Shown: piece by piece, positions 37,101-47,200 of the stretch
Layout: each line of letters begins with the position of its first letter
How positions within the stretch are numbered: the stretch's first letter is position 1
From: Bacteroidota bacterium
Lineage (GTDB): Bacteria > Bacteroidota > Bacteroidia > JABEUT01
Assembly: GCA_013289475.1 (NCBI GenBank)
Contig: JABCZW010000005.1
Coordinates: forward strand, 18,081-82,080
Length of the DNA: 64,000 nt
Direction: 5' to 3'
Translations under genes and position numbers: made by a program
The notes under the pieces: model-generated
The model's input: only the letters and a program-made list of their open reading frames with translations
The model's database searches: none
Told to the model about the DNA's origin: nothing

Positions 37101-40100
37101 AAAGCTGTTGGGTTAGGGCAATTGGTACAGCTTAACCCCGTGCCGGGTTTCCAGGTATAAGTTGCTGCACCCGATGCATTTAGTATTATACTATCGCCCG
37201 AACATATGCTTGGCGTACCGGGCGTTACTGATACATTTAATGTAGAAGCTACTTTAACAACAACCGTTTGCGGTGCACTTGGGCAACCTGCGGCCGAAGT
37301 ACCTGTTACTGTATAAGTAGCAGTAATGGTTGGCGTAGCATTAACTGTGGCTCCGGTTGTTGCACTCAAATCGGTTGCCGGAGACCATGTATACGTAGTT
37401 GCACCTATGACAGTAAGGTTAACATTGCCACCGGGACATATTGTAGGTGCCAAAGGCGATATACTGATAGTTGGCGTAGGGTTTACCGTTACTATAACCG
37501 TTTGCGGTGTGCTCGGGCAACCTGCAGATGTACCTGTTACTGTATAAGTAGTTGTGCCACCGGGATTCACAGTTATAGCTGACGTAGTTGCACCTGTGTT
37601 CCATAAATATGTTGTTGCACCATTGGCAGTTAATGTGCTTGAACTACCCGAACAAATAGTTGGAGGCAAAGCCGACGCTGTTACAGTTGGTGTTGGATTT
37701 ACTGTTACCACAATGGTCTTGGGCGCACTTGGGCAACCTGTTGTAGTTCCGGTTACGGTATAGGTAGTTGTTACACCCGGGTTTACAAGTATACTCGATG
37801 TGGTTGCACCCGTACTCCACGAATAAGTCGTTCCGCCACTGGCGGTAATTGTTGTTGAATTACCCGAACATATTGTTGGCGGAGCCGATGTTGTAACTGT
37901 TGGTGTAGGGTTTACAGTAACCACTACCATTTGCGGTGCACTGGTACAAGCTCCCGTACTTCCTGTTACAGTATAAGTAGTGGTTACAGGCGGGCTTGCT
38001 GTTACACTTGCACCCGTAGTGGCACTAAGATTTGCATTTGGCGACCAATTATATGTAGTTGCTCCGCTTGCATTTAATGATGTTGAGTTACCTGAACAAA
38101 TAGTAGGCGAAGAAGCCGATGCACTGATTGTTGGTGTTGGGTTTACTGTTACTACTACAGGAACAGTATCCTTACACCCTGATCCGTTTTTACCTACAAC
38201 AGAATAAGTTTGAGTTACGCCGGGGTTTGCATTTACAGTAGCGCCTGTTGTAGCACTAAGCCCTCCGCCGGGTGCCCATGTATACGATATTCCCCCGCTG
38301 GCAGTCAATGAAGTTGAATTGCCTGAACATATGGTTGCCGACGAAGGGGTAACGGTAACTGAAGGAACAGGGTTAACCGTTATCTGCTGTGAGGCATTTC
38401 CCGTGCAGCCTCCCGCAGCGGTTCCTGTTACAGTATATGTTTGTGTTGTACCTGGCTTTGCAATAACATATGCACCGGTAGTAATATTCAAGCCTGTTGA
38501 AGGGCTCCAGGTGTATGTAGTAGCGCCACTGGCTATCATTCCAATAGTATCACCCGCGCATATTGTAGGCGATATTCCGGTAAGCGCAATTGAAACAGTG
38601 GGTGTAGTATTTACAGTTACCACCACAGTTTGTGGTGCACTCGGGCAAGCTAGTGTTGTTCCTGTTACAGTATACGTTATAGTACTCCCAGGATTTGCCG
38701 TTACCGGAGAGCCTGTAGTAGCGCTCAAGTTTGTATTCGGCGACCAGGTATATGATGCTGCACCACTGGCTGTTAATGTGGTGGAATTGCCGGAACATAT
38801 TGCAGGCGGTGCTGCTGAAGCTATTACAGTGGGCGTTGCATTAACTGTTACAATAACCGTTTGTGCAGCACTTGTGCAGCCTGTTGTTGTTCCGGTTACT
38901 GTATAGGTTATAGTGCTGCCCGGACTCGCCGTTACACTCGCACCGGTAGTAGCGCTAAGGTTGGTATTTGGTGACCAGTTATAGGTTGTGGCTCCGCTTG
39001 CATTTAAAGAAGTTGAATTACCGGAACAAATGGTTGGCGATGCTGCTGAGGCCGATATAGTTGGTGTTGGATTTACGTTTACAACAACAGTTTGCGGTGC
39101 ACTCGGGCACCCGAGTGTTGTTCCGGTTACTGTATAAGTTGTTGTTGAATTAGGGCTGGCAGTTACACTTACCCCGGTTGTAGCACTCAGGTTGGTATTG
39201 GGTGACCAGGTATATGTTGCTGCCCCACTTGAACTCAAGGTTGTGGAAGTACCCGAACAAATAGTTGGCGGTACTGCTGATGCAGTTACAGTGGGAGTTG
39301 TATTTACTGTTACAGAAACAGTAAAGGGCGGACTTGTACATCCTGCTGTAGTTCCGGTTATTGTATAGGTAATATTGGCAGTAGGGCTGGCGGTTATGCT
39401 TGCACCTGTAGTTGCGCTTAATGCAGTTCCGGGCGACCAAGCATAGGTAGTTGCACCGCTGGCATTCAACGTAGTGGAATTGCCTGAACATATAGTTGGC
39501 GAAGATGCTGATGCAGACACTGTAGGTGTTGTGTTTACAGTAATTACAAGAGTTTGTGGTGCGCTGGTACAGCCTGCCGTCGTTCCGGTTACTGTATATG
39601 TAATAGTAGAAGAAGGAGTTGCTGTTACACCGGCACCGGTTGTAGCACTTAAATTAGTATTAGGTGACCAGGTGTATGATGTTGCACCTATTGCATTTAA
39701 TCCATCAGAATTACCCGAACATATTGCCGGAGACGTAGACGATGCAGTAATGGATGGCGTTGGATTAACCGTTACAACTACTGTTTGCGGTGCGCTGGTA
39801 CACCCACCTGCATCACCCGTAACTGTATAAGTAATAGTTGAAGATGGATTAGCTGTTACACTTGAGCCTGTGGTAGCACTTAGATTAGTATTAGGAGACC
39901 AGGTATATGTGGTTGCTCCACTTGCATTTAAAGATGTTGAGTTGCTCGAACAAATTGTGGGCGATGCAGCCGAAGCACTTACCGTAGGAGTAGCATTAAC
40001 AGTAACAACAACTGTTTGCGTGGCATTGCAACCACCGGGGAATGCACCGGTTATAGTATAGGTGGTACTGGCAGCAGGGCTTGCAGTAACCGAAGAGCCT

Positions 40101-40972
40101 GTAGTTGCGCTTAATCCGGTACCGGGTGCCCATGTATAACTTGTTGCACCGCCACTTGCTGTAAGCGTAGTTGAATTACCTGAACAAATAGTTGGAGAAG
40201 AACTTAATATGGACACAGTATTAACGGTAACCGATACATTATCTATGGCCATGTGCGGATCGTTGTGGTCATTATTGGGGTCTGTCCAGCGCAGCATTAT
40301 CTCCTGGCCGGGCAGTATGGGTGTGCCGCTTAAATCAATACAAGTTGAATTATTTCCGGTCATGTTACAGGGGTCGCCCTGTATTTGCGCACAGCAACCC
40401 GAACCATATACATCAGGGCCTGTAAAATCGAGTGCAGCCACGTGGGTCCACCCGGCAGCAGCGGCAACATTGTTTTCCACTGCTCCCACCTGGTATTCAA
40501 AAAAATTGGTATTGATTACGCCGCCGTCCTCAGATTCAGAAAGCTGGAACCAGTCGAAACTAACTGTAATACTGTTTATAGTTGTACCCGTATTATTCTG
40601 CAACTCCAAACCAAAGAAGAAACAATCGGCGGGTGGTGGTGGGTAATTGCATGGTGGAGGACAAAATGTACCGCTTGTTACCTTTGAATCAGAAGGACGC
40701 GTTCCAAGTTTTATATCATTATTGCCATTGCACATATAGGTATAAATACCGCCCGTATTTGTTGGCGCAGCAGCCGTTATATTTACCGTATTATTTACAA
40801 AAACACTTGTGGGATATATATACCATCCGGTGTATGTCGAATTATCTGTCCACGAAGGAATATTAGCAGTTCCAAAATCCTGGGTATAAACACCTGCAGA
40901 AAATGTTGCCTGGGCAAACAGATTGTTGCCAAGCAAAATAATACATATTATAGTGTATAAATATCTCTTCAC
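34190..40972 (-). CDS. Giant surface protein A: YTQDF...AIDN head, Ig/PKD-like repeat stalk, PKD, T9SS type-B (gliding motility-associated) CTD
   Basis: Signal peptide; over 20 repeats of about 78 aa (IC.G.S..L.ASGATTY.WSP...TTYTVTG...GC); PKD WYWTFGDG; CTD PNVFTPNGDGMND...IFNRWG...WDG...YYYII...VQLIRN. Confidence 0.9.
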   Translation of the reverse strand: MKRYLYTIICIILLGNNLFAQATFSAGVYTQDFGTANIPSWTDNSTYTGWYIYPTSVFVNNTVNITAAAPTNTGGIYTYMCNGNNDIKLGTRPSDSKVTSGTFCPPPCNYPPPPADCFFFGLELQNNTGTTINSITVSFDWFQLSESEDGGVINTNFFEYQVGAVENNVAAAAGWTHVAALDFTGPDVYGSGCCAQIQGDPCNMTGNNSTCIDLSGTPILPGQEIMLRWTDPNNDHNDPHMAIDNVSVTVNTVSILSSSPTICSGNSTTLTASGGATSYTWAPGTGLSATTGSSVTASPAASTTYTITGAFPGGCNATQTVVVTVNATPTVSASAASPTICSSNSTSLNASGATTYTWSPNTNLSATTGSSVTANPSSTITYTVTGDAGGCTSAPQTVVVTVNPTPSITASSTSPAICSGNSDGLNAIGATSYTWSPNTNLSATTGAGVTATPSSTITYTVTGTTAGCTSAPQTLVITVNTTPTVSASASSPTICSGNSTTLNASGATTYAWSPGTALSATTGASITASPTANITYTITGTTAGCTSPPFTVSVTVNTTPTVTASAVPPTICSGTSTTLSSSGAATYTWSPNTNLSATTGVSVTASPNSTTTYTVTGTTLGCPSAPQTVVVNVNPTPTISASAASPTICSGNSTSLNASGATTYNWSPNTNLSATTGASVTASPGSTITYTVTGTTTGCTSAAQTVIVTVNATPTVIASAAPPAICSGNSTTLTASGAASYTWSPNTNLSATTGSPVTANPGSTITYTVTGTTLACPSAPQTVVVTVNTTPTVSIALTGISPTICAGDTIGMIASGATTYTWSPSTGLNITTGAYVIAKPGTTQTYTVTGTAAGGCTGNASQQITVNPVPSVTVTPSSATICSGNSTSLTASGGISYTWAPGGGLSATTGATVNANPGVTQTYSVVGKNGSGCKDTVPVVVTVNPTPTISASASSPTICSGNSTSLNASGATTYNWSPNANLSATTGASVTASPPVTTTYTVTGSTGACTSAPQMVVVTVNPTPTVTTSAPPTICSGNSTTITASGGTTYSWSTGATTSSILVNPGVTTTYTVTGTTTGCPSAPKTIVVTVNPTPTVTASALPPTICSGSSSTLTANGATTYLWNTGATTSAITVNPGGTTTYTVTGTSAGCPSTPQTVIVTVNPTPTISISPLAPTICPGGNVNLTVIGATTYTWSPATDLSATTGATVNATPTITATYTVTGTSAAGCPSAPQTVVVKVASTLNVSVTPGTPSICSGDSIILNASGAATYTWKPGTGLSCTNCPNPTALPGTTVTYTVNGASGACTDSANVTLVVNPTPTVSISITGISSSICPTDTMGMVASGATSYTWSPSAGLNVTTGVHVIASPAVTTTYTVTGNSAGGCSSIATMVITVYPQPVISISLAKSTICQGDTVQLNASGGATYTWAPGTGLNTTIGAIVIANPSITATYTVNAKGVGGCPAKDSVVITVLPKPNVTVTPPIPAVCKGDSVVLTANGAASYTWSPSTGLTNTAGSATTAFPGATSTYTVIGKSAGGCNDTITTTVTVNPLPVITVTPPTPAICSGDSIMLAAGGGATYVWSPSTGLSSTTGANVTAKPAGTSTYSVTGTDINGCISNTSVSISVGTLTVTVNASSTTICSGNSSTLTASGAVTYVWKPATGLSATTGTSVTATPTTSVTYTVVGSSGGGCADSNTVNITVNPTPTVSISPISPLLCAGDSIALSAGGATTYSWTPTTGLSCTSCPNPNASPGSTTTYTVSGLTGGCSSISMVTVTVGNINVTGTPVKPALCTGDSTVINASGGASYTWFPSTGLSATTGSSVTAIPATTTTYTLVGASVAGCTDTIKVIVTVNSLPVVSVSATDTNLCTGNSATITASGASTYTWLPATGLTPSTGAVVVANPPSTQTYTVTGTSATGCSSTAQVTIHVNSSPSVSINLSGGDTLCPGQTVIMTGNGATTYAWSPATGLSSTNGASVTVSPTTSPVVYTVVGSNGTCSDSAKQTIYLYQPLVVIATPDTICAGRIASVSVSASGGKQGYAYSWIPSLGSGPGPYVVNPASSTTYSCQVTDGCGSIATGSIPVIVFPSPKAIFYPTPDSVLGGQYVAFVDSSKNATSWYWTFGDGGNSTNAFPFYQYLEQGNYLVTLVVSNALGCSDTSRDTVYVTEGLFVPNVFTPNGDGMNDGFHVSAAGLKTFSIEIFNRWGERVFISNSPDIDWDGRSTTGVQESDGDYYYIIRATDYKGKPFNQNGYVQLIRN

Positions 40973-41115
40973 AGGGTTATTAAATATTATACCAGTTCAT
41001 TTCAATCAAATATACTTAAACACAACTATAACTAAATACAAACCGGGCAACAATTTATTATTCGCATAATAAAGAAAGCATCTGATTTTTAAATACATAT
41101 TACGCGTATATTAAA

Positions 41116-41142
41116 TATAACGCGGTGAATAGAAATTATGTT
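41116..41142 (-). promoter_or_regulatory. Putative ECF-sigma promoter for giant protein A
   Basis: Minus strand reads AAC-N17-CGTTATA. Confidence 0.5.
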
Positions 41143-41164
41143 TCAAAAACATTTCAACCAAAAT

Positions 41165-41189
41165 AAAAATCCCGCATTACTGCGGGATT
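41165..41189 (-). terminator. Intrinsic terminator after giant protein B
   Basis: Minus strand AATCCCGCA-GTAA-TGCGGGATT followed by T-rich sequence. Confidence 0.8.
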
Positions 41190-41216
41190 ATTATTTGATC
41201 TTATTGAGGTTGTGTT

Positions 41217-44200
41217 TTAGTTTCTTATCAATTGTACGTAACCGTTTTGGTTGAATGGCTTGCCTTTATAATCAGAAGCCCTTATAATGTAGTAGTAATC
41301 ACCATCCGATTCCTGAACACCCGTCATACTTCTTCCGTCCCAATCAATTTCAGGAGAATCAGCCTGGAACACCTTCTCGCCCCAACGGTTAAATATTTCT
41401 ATATGATATTCCTTCATACCACCCGCTTTAACATGGAACACATCATTTTGTCCATCATTATTAGGAGTAAATACGTTGGGAATAAATATGCCTTCTGTTA
41501 CATATACTGTATCCGATGCAGTATCCCAGCAACCAAATCCATTTGATGTTACCAATGTTACCAGGTATTTTCCGGTAGCCAAATACTGGTATAATGGATA
41601 TACTGTAGTTGAGTTGCCACCATCACCAAATGTCCAGTACCACGATGTAGCATTTGTACTGCTATCAACAAACGAAACATATTGTCCGCCCGCAATTGTA
41701 TCCGGCGTTGGGAAGAATATTGACTTAGGTGAAGGCTTGGTGTATACCAACGCTGAGCCTGTTGCTGTGCTTCCGCAACCATCAGTTACTATGCAGGAAT
41801 AGGTTGTTGTAGTACCCGGATTTACTACATAAGGGCCCGAGCCTGTACCAACAGGAGGTGTCCATGCATATGTATAACCCGGATTACCACCTGAAGCTGT
41901 AACACTTACAGTAGTATTTCTGCTGGCGCAAATTGTATCAGTGCTTGAAGTTGCTGTTAATGCAGGATACAAGGTTAATGTTTGGGTTGCACTGTCAGAA
42001 CATGCTCCGTTTACACCAACCACCTTATATGTCATTGGGCTTGTAGGCGGAGTAGCTGAAACCGATGCACCTGTTGTAGTACTTAATCCGGTAGAAGGTG
42101 ACCAAGTATATACCGCAGCACCACTGGCTGTCATAGTAACCGACTGGCCAGGGCATAAAACACTTCCACCCGAAAGCAAAATACTTATTACAGGGCTTGA
42201 ATTTACTGTTATTGTAATTGGAGCAGAGCTTGAACAGCCGGCAGCACTTGTACCGGTTACAGTATATGTTACCGTACCTGAAGGTGTTGCAGTTACCACG
42301 GCACCTGTTGAAGGCACAAGACCCGTTACAGGCAACCATGTATAATTATTTGCACCGCCTGCTGTAATAATAGCCGAGTTACCGGTACATAAACTGGTAT
42401 CGTTAGCAGAAACCGTTATAACAGGTAAAGAGTTTACAGTTATGGCAACATTGGCAGAATCGGCACAACCCAGTGCATCAACACCAACTACTTTGTATGA
42501 TAATGATGAATCAGGGTTTGCAGTTACGGAAGAGCCTGTTGTTGCACTTAATCCTACAGCAGGTGTCCATATATAATTGCTGGCGCCCGATGCATTAATA
42601 CTTGTTCCGGTGCTGCCAAAGCATATGGAAGGAGAAGATGCAGATGCGGTAACTTTAGGCTGATCGACAGCTATAGTAACCGTTGAACTCGAAGGGCAGC
42701 CCAACGATGAAGTTCCTGTAACAGTATATGTTTGCGTACTGCCTGCATTGGCATTTACAATTGAATCGGTAGTAGAGCTTAACCCGGTACCAGGGCTCCA
42801 ACTATATGTGGTAGCGCCACTTGCCGTAATTGTTGTTCCGCTTGCACCAAAACATATTGTAGGTGAGCCTGCCATAACTGACAGTGTAGGTGTAGCATTT
42901 ACTGTAATGGCAACTGTATTACTATCCGAACAACCGCCACCTGATGAACCGATTACTGTATAAGTAATACTGGTTACAGGATTCGCAGTTACCGAAGTAC
43001 CTGTAGTCGCACTTAATCCTGTACCGGGTTTCCATGTATATGTTACGGCTCCGCTTGCTGTTAATGTTGAAGAGGTACCCGAACATATTGTTGAACTGCT
43101 TGCATTTGCAGTTACTGTTAATGTACCTACACTAATAGCTACTGAACCAGATGAAGTACATCCGTTGCCATCAGTACCCGTTACGGTATATGTTGATGTG
43201 CTTCCGGGAGATGCATTTACCGATGTACCCACTGTTGTATTCAATCCTATTGAAGGTGACCACACATATGTTGTGGCGCCAAAGGCAGTAAGTGTAACAG
43301 AATCACTCTTACATATAGCTGGTGTTGGAGGATTAACACTTATAACCGGTAATGGATTTACTTTTACTATTGTAGTTATAGTGTCATTACATCCGCCTGC
43401 ACTTGTTCCAATTACTGTGTAGGTTGAAGTAGATCCGGGGAATGCCGTTGTTATATTTCCTGTAGTAACAGTAAGTCCTGTTGAAGGTGACCATACATAA
43501 TTTGCTGCTCCGTTAGCCGTAAGCGCAATTGAATCGCCCTTACATACTGCCGGTGTTGGCGGTGTAACTGTAACAACCGGTTTAGGCAAAACGGTTATTA
43601 TAACGCTGTCCTTTGCCGGGCAGCCTCCTACTCCTTTTGCACTTACCGTATAGGTTGCAGTTGTTGAAGGATTAGCAATTACTGATGCACCCACTGTAGT
43701 ATTTAAACCAGTGCCCGGAGCCCATGTATAAGATGCGCCTCCGCTTGCATTCAGGTAGACAGTATCGCCCGCGCAAATAGTTGGCTTGGTTAAACTTACC
43801 GATATTACCGGTTTCGGATATACGGTTACTACTTGCGTTGCAGTTGAAGAACAACCGCCTGCATTTGTTCCGGTAAGTGTATAGGTAGTTGTTACAGCAG
43901 GGCTCACATTTGTAGTAGCGCAACTGGTACATGCTACACCTGTGGCAGGTGTCCATGCATACGTTGAAGCTCCGCTACCTATTAATCCAAGGCTATCGCC
44001 CGGGCATATAGCAGCCGAAATACCCGTAATATTTATATTTACTGTAGGAGTTGGGTTTACTGTTACGGTAACTTTTGCAGAGTCAGAACAGCCTCCGCTG
44101 GCACCATATACGGTATAGGTTGTTGTGGTTAACGGGTTAGCTATAGTGCTTGCACAATTAGTACAACTCAAGCCTGCTGATGCTTTCCATGTATAAGTTG

Positions 44201-47200
44201 CAGCTCCGTTTCCATTAAGTGTTACACCTGCGCCACCGGTACAAATACTTGGCGTTATGGGATTAATAGTTACAGCTAATGAAGCGGCTACGTTTACCAC
44301 AACACTTACAGGAGCACTTGGGCAACCTGCTGATGTACCGGTAACTGTATATGTAGTAGTAGAACCAGGGCTTGCGTTAACCACTGCTCCTGTAGTTGCA
44401 CTTAAATTAGTTGCAGGACTCCATGTATAAGTACTCGCACCCGAGCCGGTTAGGTTTACATTACCACCCGGACATATTGTAGGTGATGCAGGGCTTACCG
44501 TTAATGTTGGTATTGGGTTGACAACTACCGTTATCGTTCCTACAGGGCTGGTACAACCTGCCGCTTTTGCAGTTACAGTATATGTACCCGATGCAGCCGT
44601 TGTTGCACCTGCTATAGAAGGATTTTGCACAGCCGAGACAAAGGCATTCGGGCCTGTCCAGCTATAACTGGTAGCGCCCGCTGATGTGGCTGTTAAGTTT
44701 AATGTTGAGCCAGCGCATATTGGGCTGTTGCTACCTGTTGTTGGTGCTGCTGGTATAGGGTTCACAGTTACTACTATTGTCGCTATAGCACTACTACATC
44801 CGCCCGGGCCGGTTGCAGTACAAGTATATGTACCCGATGCTGCTGTAGTTGCTCCCGGTATAGATGGGTTTTGCGCAGCCGATACAAAAGCATTCGGGCC
44901 TGTCCAGCTATAACCGGTTGCTCCTGCTGATGTGGCAGTTAAATTCAATGTTGAACCTGCGCATATTGGGCTGTTGCTGCCTAATGTTGGTGCAGGTGGC
45001 ACAGGGTTTACCACTACTGTTATAGTAGCCTGCGGACTGGTACAACCTGCTTTGTTTGCTGTTACTGTATATGTTCCTGAAGCTGCTGTTGTTGCACCCA
45101 CTATACTTGGATTTTGTACACCCGATGCGAAGGCATTAGGGCCTGTCCAACTGTAACCTGTTGCACCGGCTGATGTAGCAGTTAAATTTAATGTTGCACC
45201 AGCACATATAGGACTATTGCTGCCCGTTGTAGGAGCAGCAGGTATTGCGTTAACAGTTATCGCTATTGTTGCTATGGCACTGGTACATCCACCCGGACCC
45301 GTTGCAGTACAAGTATAAGTACCCGTAGCTGCTGTTGTTGCTCCGGCAATACTTGGGTTTTGTGAACCCGATACAAATGCGTTAGGGCCTGTCCAGCTAT
45401 AACTGGTTGCACCCGCTGATGTGGCTGTAAGATTTAATGTTGAACCTGCACATATTGGACTATTACTACCCAATGTTGGCGCAGGCGGTGTAGCGTTAAC
45501 TACAACCGCTATTGTAGCTTGCGAACTGGTACAACCTGCCGCTGATGCTGTTACTGTATATGTTCCTGAAGCTGCTGTTGTAGCACCAACTATACTTGGA
45601 TTTTGTACACCCGATGCAAACGCATTAGGGCCTGTCCAGCTATAACCTGTTGCGCCTGCTGATGTGGCTGTAAGATTTAATGTTGCACCGGCGCATATTG
45701 GGCTGTTACTACCCACTGTAGGGGCAGGTGGCACAGGGTTTACAACTACTGTTATGGTAGCTTGCGGACTGGTACAACCGGCTTTGGTTGCTGTTACCGA
45801 ATAGGTACCAGAGGCTGCTGTTGTGGCGCCAATTATGCTTGGATTTTGAACACCTGATGCAAATGCATTCGGGCCTGTCCAGGTATAACCCGTTGCTCCA
45901 GCTGATGTAGCAGTTAAGTTTAATGTTGCTCCTGCGCATATCGGGCTGTTGCTGCCTAATGTTGGCGCTGCAGGTATGGCGTTAACAGTTACTGCTATTG
46001 TTGCTATGGTACTGGTACATCCACCGGGGCCTGTTGCTGTACAAGAATATGTTCCTGAGGCTGCTGTGGTTGCTCCAACTATGCTTGGGTTTTGAGAGCC
46101 TGATGCAAATGCATTCGGGCCTGTCCAGCTATAACTGGTAGCACCTGCCGAACTTGCTGTAAGGTTTAATGTAGAACCGGCACATATGGGGCTATTACTC
46201 CCTAATGTTGGTGTAGCCGGTGAAGCATTAACAGTTACTGAAATAGTTGATGGGCCGCTGGTACAACCTGCTGCTGATGCTGTACACGTATATGTACCCG
46301 AAGCCGCTGTTGTAGCACCTGCTATACTAGGATTCTGTGCCCCCGATGAAAAAGCATTAGGGCCTGTCCAATTATAACTGGTTGCACCTGCTGAACTTGA
46401 AGTAAGATTTAATGTTTGTCCTGCACATATAGGACTGTTACTGCCAAGAGATGGCGCAACAGGTGGAGAAGAAGCGCCTATTACAGCAGTAGCAGTAAAG
46501 CTCTCACCACAACCAAATGACATTGTAACAGTATATGTACCTGCTGCCAAACCTGTTGCAGTCTGGGTAGCTTGTCCACCGGGGCTCCATGAATAGGATA
46601 CACCTCCAGGGGCACTACCACAAATCGTCAGGTTTGCAGTTGCCGAACCATTACTTAAACCACACGTAGTAGGACTAACAACTGTACTTGCATTTACTGT
46701 AATATTTGTATTATTAATAGCCTCCACAAACCCGTTACCACAACTAAATATAACGGCATCATTGGCACCAAGTACGATATCATAAATATTATTCGGCATA
46801 CCAAATGAGGTCCCGGTATAAGCAAGAGAAGTATTATAGACAAGGATATTTGTACCAGAGCCTACATATAAGTTATCACATGCATCGGCATCAAGGCCAC
46901 CCCAGTAAACATCAGTTTCGCCTGCGCCAAAATAGTTTGAATTATAACCGGAAACAAGTACAGAGGAGTTATATGCTCCCGAAGCTTTAGCATGCCTTGT
47001 AAGCCTGTAACCGTCATACATATAGAGCCAGCTGCTGGTAGCAGCCATGCCATTCATACCATTTGTTGTAGCAGATCCTCCATAAACACCGGGCCCCATA
47101 TAGAGTATGCTATTTACCTCAAAAAGATTATCGTAACCACCACCTGAATTTTGCGAAGGCTGATTGATATAACTTGCAGGGTTAAGCGCAGGGACAGGTA

